This document shows positions 38,079-46,724 of a stretch of 64,000 nucleotides of DNA, piece by piece. The notes under the pieces were generated by a model that worked only from the letters and a program-made list of their open reading frames with translations, searched no databases and was not told the DNA's origin. Location: positions 62,001 through 126,000 of the IMG/VR virus record IMGVR_UViG_3300027759_006101; one strand, written 5' to 3'. A program made the translations under genes and the position numbers. Each line of letters starts with the position of its first letter. The stretch's first letter is position 1.

Positions 38079-38875
38079 CTTATATGCGGCAATCTAATTG
38101 ACAAACAATTGGTGACTAAAGAATTCCATCCAGAGCCAGAACTAATATTTGAAGTGCTTCCTAATACCATTAAAAAAATGGGTTTGCCAGAATTGAGTCT
38201 TGATTTGGCAAGTCTGTCCAAATTTTGAACAAAGTGAGGATGCGTGTAGCTATATTGTTCGATGCCATCTATAACAATAAAATCTAAGTTTTTGAATTCA
38301 TCATTGATAATTTCAAATTGTTCTTTTTTATCAAAGTCAGTAATGATGCTTATAAGGTCTGACCACTCGTAATATTTAGCAGTAAGATTTTTTCTAATTG
38401 CAGCCTGGACTAAGACAGAAGCAATAAATGTTTTTCCACTGCCACTTTTTCCATCAAAAAGTATAGAATGCAGCTTTGAAACAAGATTGCCAGAGTGTCT
38501 AATTTTGGGACATTCGTTATCTGCAATTAACTGCAATTTCTTTTCGTAAAACTTAAGAATTGTAAAAACTCTTTCACTTACTTGTTCTTCAGCTCCCAAA
38601 TCTTTACCAGCAGAATCAGTTCTCGTGTTCCAATCATCTAAAGTTTTGCCTATGTATAGCAATGGAACATTAGATTTACGATAGACGCTTTTGTAAAATC
38701 TTTCTTTTTCACAAGAACATAATACAGCTTTATCATTCTCAGATTTTGTATATCCTGTGTAGTTACAAAGAACGCAGCCTTTGCCTTCACTCATACGACG
38801 TAGTTTGTCTTTTTCGTTTAAGTTTTTAGTTGTGCGTTCTAAACCAAGTATTTCATCAAATGACACATCAGACAC
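38075..38875 (-). CDS. dnaC: DnaC/DnaI-like helicase loader ATPase
   Basis: N-terminal C..C...G....CSC zinc motif, GKSGSGKTF, FIVIDGI. Adjacent to dnaB. Confidence 0.7.
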   Translation of the reverse strand: MSDVSFDEILGLERTTKNLNEKDKLRRMSEGKGCVLCNYTGYTKSENDKAVLCSCEKERFYKSVYRKSNVPLLYIGKTLDDWNTRTDSAGKDLGAEEQVSERVFTILKFYEKKLQLIADNECPKIRHSGNLVSKLHSILFDGKSGSGKTFIASVLVQAAIRKNLTAKYYEWSDLISIITDFDKKEQFEIINDEFKNLDFIVIDGIEQYSYTHPHFVQNLDRLAKSRLNSGKPIFLMVLGSTSNISSGSGWNSLVTNCLSIRLPHIR

Positions 38876-40479
38876 TATAAATCATCCTCATCATTATTAT
38901 ATCTTCTTAAATCAGAATTACCATTACTAGCATTTCTAGCTCTTTCAGAAGCCCAAGCTCTCAGCAATTCAATTTCTTCTTTCATAAGTTTGGATATAGG
39001 TACAGATTCTTTCAAGGACTGAAGTATATCATAGGTTGTAATGTCTCTTTTATTATCACTAAAAGCTTCATACAATGCACTTTCTATAGCAGCTTCGATT
39101 TCAGCTCCAGTGTATGATTCGGATACATCTGACAATTTATCTAAGTCATAATGTTTTGGATTTCTAGCTCTTTTTTGAAGATGTATTTCAAAAATTATTC
39201 TTCTCTCAGAAAACTTAGGCAAATCAACAAAAAATATTTCATCAAATCTGCCTTTTCTTAAGAGCTCTGGAGGAAGTGTTGTTACATCATTGGCAGTAGC
39301 AACAACAAATACAGGCTCTTTTCTGTCTTGCATCCAAGTAAGCCAAGAGCCTAAAACTCTACTAGTAGTTCCGCCATCAGTTGAAGAAGATGCTCTACTT
39401 CCTGACATACCTTTATCAATTTCATCGCACCACAATATGCAGGGAGCAACACTTTCGGCAACCTTAAACACCTGACGCATATTTTGTTCAGAGCTTCCTA
39501 CAAGCCCTGAAAAAACTTTGCCCATATCCAGTCTTAGCAATGGGAAATTCCAAAATGAAGAAATTCCCTTAGCAAATAGAGACTTTCCAGCTCCTTGAAT
39601 TCCTACAAGTAAAATGCCCTTAGGATTACTAGGTAAGCCATATTCGACTGCTTCTCTTGAAAAAGCATCTTTACGCTTACTTAACCATATTTTCAAGCCT
39701 TCAAGACCACCAATACTATCCATATTGATACTCTCATCAATCCAGTCTAGAAGACCTGATTTCTTGATGATGTCTCTTTTTTGTTGAGATATAGTTTCAG
39801 GCAATAGAGAGGAATGCTTAATCATACAATATGTGCAAACTTGTTCACACTCAGACAAAGTAAGACCACGAAATGAATTTATAATATTGTCCTTCTCTTC
39901 ATTACTATAAGTTGTTTTGAATTTAGCAGACAAATCAGCTCGTTTACTTGCTCTTTCAAGCAAATTATTGATTTTTGTATTTATCTCAAACTTGGTTGGC
40001 AATGGGAAATCAATTAATGGCACAATCTTTTCAAGGTCATTAGGTAATTCTAAGACTGACGAAAGAATAATGATTGCTTTATTTTGGACAGTGAATTCAT
40101 TCGTAAGATTTTTGAGATGTCTTATGATTTTAATTTCTACTTGTCCCTTATAATTTCCAGACCCAAAAAATTTATTAAAGTCTTTAAGAACTAAAATACA
40201 AAATTTGTTTTTAGGAACAATTAAGTTTTGAAACCAAGAAAGAACTTCAGATTGGTCTAATTGTTTTTCAACTTCTTTTGTAGGCAAAAATTCAGGAAAA
40301 GTAGATTCTAATCCTGAAACAACGTCCCACTTTATAAGATCCCACGAAGTATCAGCTTTAGAACACATTTGCTCTAAAGCTGACAATACTCTGTTTTCCT
40401 CTTGAGAAACGATATAAATAACGGTTCTTTTGGACCTTACAAGAAGTTCAATTTCTTCTAACGTACTTATGCTATCCAT
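38875..40479 (-). CDS. Ycf46-like AAA+ ATPase
   Basis: IGGLEGLK.WL, GILLVGIQGAGKS, PLLRLDMG, LVGSSE, WCDEIDK, ATAN...LPPELLRKGRFDE. Confidence 0.85.
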   Translation of the reverse strand: MDSISTLEEIELLVRSKRTVIYIVSQEENRVLSALEQMCSKADTSWDLIKWDVVSGLESTFPEFLPTKEVEKQLDQSEVLSWFQNLIVPKNKFCILVLKDFNKFFGSGNYKGQVEIKIIRHLKNLTNEFTVQNKAIIILSSVLELPNDLEKIVPLIDFPLPTKFEINTKINNLLERASKRADLSAKFKTTYSNEEKDNIINSFRGLTLSECEQVCTYCMIKHSSLLPETISQQKRDIIKKSGLLDWIDESINMDSIGGLEGLKIWLSKRKDAFSREAVEYGLPSNPKGILLVGIQGAGKSLFAKGISSFWNFPLLRLDMGKVFSGLVGSSEQNMRQVFKVAESVAPCILWCDEIDKGMSGSRASSSTDGGTTSRVLGSWLTWMQDRKEPVFVVATANDVTTLPPELLRKGRFDEIFFVDLPKFSERRIIFEIHLQKRARNPKHYDLDKLSDVSESYTGAEIEAAIESALYEAFSDNKRDITTYDILQSLKESVPISKLMKEEIELLRAWASERARNASNGNSDLRRYNNDEDDL

Positions 40480-41296
40480 TTAGGAACATTTCAATTTTAA
40501 ATCTTGGTTGTCCTGGGTAATCATCAGAGCGCCACCAAATTTCATTCTTAAATTTTGCTATATCTTGTTGAAATAAATTGCGCCAATCAAGAAGTTTGAA
40601 ATCTGAAGGGTAAGGTGAACGTGAAATAGATTTTTGGATAATGTCACTGAGTAGTTTTTTCTCTTGTGCGTTTCCCTTAGACATTTGAATAAATAAATTC
40701 TTCAATCCATTAGTTAAGTCTTGATCGTTAACTTTTTTGTATTTAGCATAATATGTGCTTGCTATTGGAATGCCATACTTGCTAAATAATTCCTTAGACT
40801 TACCCTCGGATGCTAATAGATGAACTTCTGGGAAAATATCTATAAGTGAAACAGAAGAATTTGACTTGATGACATCTTGAAAAAATCTATTTAAAAGATT
40901 AGGAAATTCAGCAAGTAAAAAATGGCCTGCTCTTTGCAAAACAATATTTTTATTTAAGAAACACCAATCAATAAATTTCTTGGTCCACTCATTCTTATCA
41001 AGATTATTTTCGGCCATAAAGTCCATAATGATATTGATTATTTTGTTGTCAGAAGTGTAAGTAATTTTGTATGCACCATCAAAAACTCTTTTATATTCTT
41101 GAGCAAAATAATCAGAGAAATGCTTAGGTGTCCAAAGTGCAACATCTTCTGGAATGTCTTTTGTTTTTACGGGTACAGTCTTTTTTCTTTGCCTTTTGTT
41201 AGCATTGAAAGGATTTGACAATTCACTTTGAAGAGGAACGTGTTGCATATAAATCGCCTTTACAAACTCAAATGTCGGATCGCTAACTGGTTTCAA
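40472..41296 (-). CDS. Hypothetical protein in the replication cluster
   Basis: 274-aa ORF overlapping both neighbours. Confidence 0.55.
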   Translation of the reverse strand: MKPVSDPTFEFVKAIYMQHVPLQSELSNPFNANKRQRKKTVPVKTKDIPEDVALWTPKHFSDYFAQEYKRVFDGAYKITYTSDNKIINIIMDFMAENNLDKNEWTKKFIDWCFLNKNIVLQRAGHFLLAEFPNLLNRFFQDVIKSNSSVSLIDIFPEVHLLASEGKSKELFSKYGIPIASTYYAKYKKVNDQDLTNGLKNLFIQMSKGNAQEKKLLSDIIQKSISRSPYPSDFKLLDWRNLFQQDIAKFKNEIWWRSDDYPGQPRFKIEMFLNG

Positions 41297-42018
41297 GGTA
41301 TACCCACCGTTTCATCTTCAAGCCCAAAATTTTGCATTTCTAAAATTTCTTCATGAGAAACTGATTTAATTTTTGCTATTCCATCTTCTTTGAAAGTCAA
41401 ATAGTTGACACTTGAAATCAATGAAAATTTGTCCGCAGAGTGTGATATCAATATAACTTGCAAATCCAATTCATCTATGTATGATTTCAAAAAAGCAAGC
41501 ATATTTGCCATTACAACATCTTTTGAAACAGCTGCTAAAGCTTCATCAAATATATAAATGCCTTTGTAGTCATTGTAAGTACCAAAAGCTATACGCAAAA
41601 GTACACTAATAATTTCCTGAAGACCACCACCATTAGAGCCCTTAATAGGTCTCATTACTCTTTTGCCATTGATGGTTTTTTCAATACAAGGCAAGATTGA
41701 AAATTGGCCAGAAAAGTCATCATCTTTAGAGTGAATTTCTTTTATCTCAAAAGAAAAGACATAATCATCACCATAAATTTTTTGGATAGCGCTTGTTAAT
41801 ATCTCTTCAATTGATGCAAGAGCTTTGAGACGAGTATCAGAAGCTCTTTGCCTTAAGAAAATTTGAGCTTTTTTTGTATTGCCCTTTTTATTCTCAAGAT
41901 TTTTTAAGTTATTTTCTTGCTCAGTTAATATGTTCTGTAAAGTATTACGTTCCGATTCCTGACCAATCAAATGTCTTTCAATCTTATTAATTTCTTTTTT
42001 TATTTCAGAAAATTCCAA
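41293..42018 (-). CDS. sbcC: SbcC/Rad50 C-terminal half (coiled coil, signature, Walker B)
   Basis: GSNGGG signature, IFDEA Walker B, ILISH switch. Confidence 0.8.
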   Translation of the reverse strand: MEFSEIKKEINKIERHLIGQESERNTLQNILTEQENNLKNLENKKGNTKKAQIFLRQRASDTRLKALASIEEILTSAIQKIYGDDYVFSFEIKEIHSKDDDFSGQFSILPCIEKTINGKRVMRPIKGSNGGGLQEIISVLLRIAFGTYNDYKGIYIFDEALAAVSKDVVMANMLAFLKSYIDELDLQVILISHSADKFSLISSVNYLTFKEDGIAKIKSVSHEEILEMQNFGLEDETVGIP

Positions 42019-42019
42019 G

Positions 42020-42274
42020 CTAATCTCCTTGCAATTCTTCTAATTTAACTTCTATTTCTGATAATTTAGATTCTAAGTCAGTTTGCTTTCTGACAATAAG
42101 AGACTTTAATTCTTTTGGCTGGCAGTTATAATCAGTTTCACATTTTTGCACCAATTTATCGTGCTCAATCTTATACTTATTCAATTGCTCAGTAAGCAAT
42201 TGAACTCTTCCCTCAGCAGCTGATTTTTTTGATTTAAGTGCTTCAATTTGATCTAAAATTTCTTGTGCCGTCAT
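42020..42274 (-). CDS. Small coiled-coil protein
   Basis: 84-aa heptad pattern, between sbcD and the sbcC C-half. Confidence 0.6.
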   Translation of the reverse strand: MTAQEILDQIEALKSKKSAAEGRVQLLTEQLNKYKIEHDKLVQKCETDYNCQPKELKSLIVRKQTDLESKLSEIEVKLEELQGD

Positions 42275-43257
42275 TGTGTATTTACCTTTCTGACTGCTTC
42301 AACTGCTATTTCTGCAATATCATCAGAAACATCAGCTTTTTTAGCCATATCCTTAAGAGCCACCAGTTTATCATCAAGAGAAGTAAATTGCCAAGAGTGA
42401 GTTCTCATACTAGCAACTTTGAACTTAAATTCTTGAGTGTCTGATTTTTGTTCTTTAGCGATTTGAATTTCTTCCAATTTAAATACCTGATCGTAAGGCA
42501 ATGCAGATTTGAGTTTATAATATTCTTCGGAAATAATATCCCCATCCAAAGAATATTCTAATAATAATATTTGAATGTCTTTTTTCAAATTATCTTTAGA
42601 GGCTGAATATCTACTAATTGCACCAGGATTTATGAAGCGTTTTCCGTCACTTCTAACTTGCTCCATTGCGTGATGTATGTGACCTGAAATAACTAAGTTA
42701 GTATTTGGATGTAATGGAGTATTTTCAAATAAGAAAGTAAATTCTTCAAATCTATCTAAAGCTGTTGATATAGAAGCATGACAAACCCATATGATAGCCG
42801 AGGATGATGTCAAATAGCCCTCTTTTATATCCTTATCTAAGCTTGCGGTGTAATGAGCAAAAGATATACCTAGAGATGGTTCATAGCCTGTTTTGATTAG
42901 ATATCCAGCGTTTATTAGAGTACCTAAAGTTGTTTTTTCTAAATTACAAGAACTATCTAAATCGTGATTGCCTACACACACATAAATTGGAAATGACCAA
43001 GAGATATTTCCATTAGGCACACCCTTGAGAATGTCTAATGTTTGATTGCGTAATAATGGACCTACTTCATATGATTCGAATAAATCCCCGAGCAAAACAA
43101 CAGCATCAAGTTTTCGTTCTTCAGCTAACAATAAACACTCAGTCAGCTTTTTTTTGATTGCTTCACAATAATTATCAAGTCTGTTTTTTGGCTGTCTATC
43201 TGATAAATGAATATCGCCAATAAACATAACTCTCTTTGTTTTTATTTCGTTTTTCAT
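42271..43257 (-). CDS. sbcD: SbcD/Mre11 metallophosphoesterase nuclease
   Basis: GDIHL, LGDLF, VGNHD, SGHIH, NPG. Start at 43257 forms an ATGA overlap. Confidence 0.88.
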   Translation of the reverse strand: MKNEIKTKRVMFIGDIHLSDRQPKNRLDNYCEAIKKKLTECLLLAEERKLDAVVLLGDLFESYEVGPLLRNQTLDILKGVPNGNISWSFPIYVCVGNHDLDSSCNLEKTTLGTLINAGYLIKTGYEPSLGISFAHYTASLDKDIKEGYLTSSSAIIWVCHASISTALDRFEEFTFLFENTPLHPNTNLVISGHIHHAMEQVRSDGKRFINPGAISRYSASKDNLKKDIQILLLEYSLDGDIISEEYYKLKSALPYDQVFKLEEIQIAKEQKSDTQEFKFKVASMRTHSWQFTSLDDKLVALKDMAKKADVSDDIAEIAVEAVRKVNTQ

Positions 43258-44381
43258 ACAGGTTTTCCACAAGTATCACATAAGTCAAAATTTTCAGAAA
43301 GATATTTTTTCAAACGCTCAATCTCTTTGTTGCTTTCTAAAATAATTTTGTTTTCATCAGACGTGTTTTTTTCAGTTTCGCTAATACTATCAGATACTTC
43401 TTGCAAACATTCTTTAAGTTCATTAGCTAGAGTGTATTCTAATTGAAGTTTCACAGATTCTGAAATTAAGTTACCAATGGTTCCTTCAGAAATTTCAAAA
43501 TATTTTTCGTATTGCTTTTTGGACTTGAAAAAATTATCTCTTGCTTTAGAAATTTCTTCAATCATTTTCAATCCATCTTCTATATCACTGAATGAGTCTT
43601 CCAAAAGTGGTATAGATTCTGAGAAAAAATTAATTAGTACGCTCGTATGATTTATTTCATTTTTGCAGTCTCTAACTCTATTGATTAAGGTTGCAATATC
43701 ATTGAAAAAAGATTTGGCATCGTGTATGTATGTTTCACAATCTTGATATTTATTTATCAAATCATTTAGTTTTTCTAAACTTTCTAGCTTTTCATCAAGT
43801 CCTTCAAAAGGTTCTAATTTCTTTTTTGTATTTTCGATTTCAGTATTTGCTCTTTTAATATCACCAGAAATTTTATTTATATCAGAACCTAAATTTGATG
43901 CAGCTTCTTCTAAATCGTGAATGCCTAATAATCTGGAAATTTCCTTTGGTAGAGCTTCGTCGCTTAGATTGATAAGGAAAAGTTTATCTTCTTGATTGGC
44001 AAAAGAAAGAGCGCCAGTTGAAGTTTTAGGAATGTGACCGAGAAAGTCTAATGCTTCTTGTGGAAATTGTTTAGAGAATCTTGAATGTTTTTGTAATTCT
44101 TTACCAGCATATTGGAATTCAAGCTCATTAGTATCGCCCTTGATTCTTTTGTAGTAATCACCATTTTTAAAATTTATAGTGATTTGAGCGTTCTTTTGTC
44201 CATCTCTTACATCTTGTTTTCTAAAGATATCAAGAAATGCTGTTGAGAGGGATCTGAATAATCCAGATTTGCCACTATCGGAGCTTCCTGTTATCAAATT
44301 CAAACCTGGATATAGTTTGATGTGAGTATCTTGGTGATTTTGAAAATCCTGTATGCGTATTGATTCTATATGCCTATTCAT
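43254..44381 (-). CDS. sbcC: SbcC/Rad50 N-terminal half ending in a zinc hook
   Basis: IQDFQNH, NLITGSSDSGKS Walker A, FANQ Q-loop, coiled coil, terminal CDTCGKPV. Confidence 0.82.
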   Translation of the reverse strand: MNRHIESIRIQDFQNHQDTHIKLYPGLNLITGSSDSGKSGLFRSLSTAFLDIFRKQDVRDGQKNAQITINFKNGDYYKRIKGDTNELEFQYAGKELQKHSRFSKQFPQEALDFLGHIPKTSTGALSFANQEDKLFLINLSDEALPKEISRLLGIHDLEEAASNLGSDINKISGDIKRANTEIENTKKKLEPFEGLDEKLESLEKLNDLINKYQDCETYIHDAKSFFNDIATLINRVRDCKNEINHTSVLINFFSESIPLLEDSFSDIEDGLKMIEEISKARDNFFKSKKQYEKYFEISEGTIGNLISESVKLQLEYTLANELKECLQEVSDSISETEKNTSDENKIILESNKEIERLKKYLSENFDLCDTCGKPV

Positions 44382-44746
44382 CGCAAAATTATTGTAGACA
44401 AAATATCTGGAAAATGCAAGTCAACAAAGTTAGATCTTGCCCTTAATATGCTAGAATTAACTTGAGTAACATCTGGAATTTCGATTTTGTACAGCTCTGC
44501 TTTATTAATCTTTATGGGAGAATTTTCTAAAGAGCAGCATTTAGATGATTTGCCATTGTGTATTTTATTGCAAGACATACAAGTAAAGTCATTGCTTCTA
44601 AAATGTGGAATGAAATATTGGACACTATAATTAATTTCTATCTTCTTAAATCGAATATAAGAACTGCCAGAAAAATCTTTATTAGTGCTGCAAATCTTAC
44701 GAAAGCTTGTTCCACTACATTCTACCAATATCGTTGCTGGAACCAT
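44378..44746 (-). CDS. Cys-rich hypothetical protein (start uncertain)
   Basis: CMSC..H....KCC motif. The long ORF overlaps a divergent gene, so a conservative ATG was chosen. Confidence 0.35.
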   Translation of the reverse strand: MVPATILVECSGTSFRKICSTNKDFSGSSYIRFKKIEINYSVQYFIPHFRSNDFTCMSCNKIHNGKSSKCCSLENSPIKINKAELYKIEIPDVTQVNSSILRARSNFVDLHFPDILSTIILR

Positions 44747-44864
44747 TATAGAATAATCTTTTGTAAAAACAAGTTTAGTATCTGACAAAATTCCTGGGCT
44801 GGCTAAGCATCCTAAAATTTCGTTATTTGATATTATGAATCTGTGCAGAGATGGCAAAAGCATT

Positions 44865-45062
44865 ATGAAAATAAATATAGACAGGGATATGTTGTTAACT
44901 GAATTATACGATTTACGGTCAGTTTTGGCTGAAGCATCATTAATTTCGGATGAGGCTAGAGTTGGCAAAGAAAAATTAGACAAAATTATAAATCTAATTA
45001 CAAATTGTCCTCAAGCTGAAGGCAACTCATCATATCCTAAGCCAAAGTTAAGGAGAGGGTAA
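44865..45062 (+). CDS. Hypothetical protein
   Basis: MKINIDRD... start. Stop overlaps the next ATG (TAATG). Confidence 0.5.
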   Translation: MKINIDRDMLLTELYDLRSVLAEASLISDEARVGKEKLDKIINLITNCPQAEGNSSYPKPKLRRG

Positions 45063-45301
45063 TGACACAGAATAGACTTAATGATTTGAATGAAAAAATA
45101 GAGAAAGAAACTATTTCTCTAAATGAAGTAGCTGAAATTTGTAGCGCTGCTTTAGAATCTTCCAGCAAGCATTCTAAAGATATCAAGAATATGCTTAAGA
45201 GTTTCGAAGAAAAATTATGTTCTTTAGAACAAAAAATCCAAGAATTAGAAGATAAATCTAATCTTGGATTTAGTGTAATTTTAGAAGATGAGGAAGACTA
45301 A
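45062..45301 (+). CDS. Small coiled-coil protein
   Basis: 79 aa with heptad pattern. Confidence 0.5.
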   Translation: MTQNRLNDLNEKIEKETISLNEVAEICSAALESSSKHSKDIKNMLKSFEEKLCSLEQKIQELEDKSNLGFSVILEDEED

Positions 45302-45765
45302 ACTTCCTCATCTCTAGTTTTAATTCTGACTACAAAAGGCTGGTCTGTTTCATAACTCGCCCAAGTATTAGAATCCAATTGATATACATCTGAGGATCCT
45401 GTATATGGACAAACAATATTGATATCGTCATCCATACTTTCGATAACTAAGTTTACAACTGCAATCCTATCTCTAATTTTTCTGTCAGTTGCTTCATTTG
45501 ATGTTGAGTCATAATCACTATCAATAAGCCCCAAAGAACGCTCACCTTCTTCTGTAAGGTCTTCATCATCAAAGTCATCTAATAAATCAATGTCATCAAT
45601 AGGCACTTCTATTTCTAACATTTGACCATCTTTCTCTACTAAAACAGTGTGAGTTTTCATATTGTGATAAGTATTATCAACATCCATCAATTCTGCTAAA
45701 GCTTCTTCTGATTGACGCTTAGCAGTAAGTTCATCTACTATAATGCCTTCTGTTTTTCTTTCCAT
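45298..45765 (-). CDS. Acidic hypothetical protein
   Basis: 155-aa ORF with CPYTGSSDVYQ near the C-terminus. Confidence 0.55.
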   Translation of the reverse strand: MERKTEGIIVDELTAKRQSEEALAELMDVDNTYHNMKTHTVLVEKDGQMLEIEVPIDDIDLLDDFDDEDLTEEGERSLGLIDSDYDSTSNEATDRKIRDRIAVVNLVIESMDDDINIVCPYTGSSDVYQLDSNTWASYETDQPFVVRIKTRDEEV

Positions 45766-45772
45766 AATATTC

Positions 45773-46618
45773 CTATGCCATATTATCAGTAAAATAATTT
45801 TTTAGTTGAAAATCTAATCTTATTGGGTAGTTCAATCCACCTAAAGGAATGAACGTAAATGTTTCAGCTTTGTTTTTTTCAACATAGACTGACAACACTT
45901 CATAAGTTTTTTTAGCTGGTAATAGTTTTGTCGTATGTATTATACCTCTATGAGAAAAAACAAGTATACCTTTTCCACCCCTTGGGGAAAATGAAAGTTT
46001 CAAAATTCCAGTCTGTTTTGGATATACTTGAATATTTATATTAGAGCCATACTGTCCATCAACTTTACCATCAATAATTTCACCAATATTAAAACTATTT
46101 TTTTGATCTAATGATAATGCAAAATTTTTATTTATTTCATAGTCAAGCTGATAAACATCTAGGCTATTTATTTTATTATTTTCATTACCGATTTTGCATA
46201 TGACATTTGTTCCCTTTTCAATTTCTCCTTCAAAAATTCCAGAAATAGTTTCTTCTGGTTCTAAGACAGAATATATATTAAGAAATGTGAATATGACAGG
46301 ATTTGTAAAAAAATTTTTTACCGCAAAAGCTCCTGCATATTCTGGGCTATTATGAGAACTAAATGATTTTTTCAGATTCTTTATTTTTTTATCTGATGTC
46401 ATATAAAATTTCTGATTTTTGTCAGTCCCATTTTTGTAATGGACAAAGTATCGAACTTTAGAATTACTTGTATATTTTTTTTGATGAAGTATTCCAGAGA
46501 TTTTAACTGTTTCGGGGTTATTCAAGTATAATAAATAATTATTATCCAAAGAATATAAAGATAATAGCAATACGACTATCGCCTTTACAGATAAGAAAAG
46601 TTTGTGAGTTAACGCCAT
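45773..46618 (-). CDS. Hypothetical protein with N-terminal hydrophobic signal or anchor
   Basis: MALTHKLFLSVKAIVVLLLSLYSL, then beta-rich sequence. Confidence 0.5.
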   Translation of the reverse strand: MALTHKLFLSVKAIVVLLLSLYSLDNNYLLYLNNPETVKISGILHQKKYTSNSKVRYFVHYKNGTDKNQKFYMTSDKKIKNLKKSFSSHNSPEYAGAFAVKNFFTNPVIFTFLNIYSVLEPEETISGIFEGEIEKGTNVICKIGNENNKINSLDVYQLDYEINKNFALSLDQKNSFNIGEIIDGKVDGQYGSNINIQVYPKQTGILKLSFSPRGGKGILVFSHRGIIHTTKLLPAKKTYEVLSVYVEKNKAETFTFIPLGGLNYPIRLDFQLKNYFTDNMA

Positions 46619-46724
46619 TGTTTCCTCCCTTAAGAATAACCTAACACACAATTATTTATTCTATATTGTAGGAGCAGAAACTTAGGGAGAAGAAAAAATA
46701 GATATATCACTTTCGAGTTCAACT

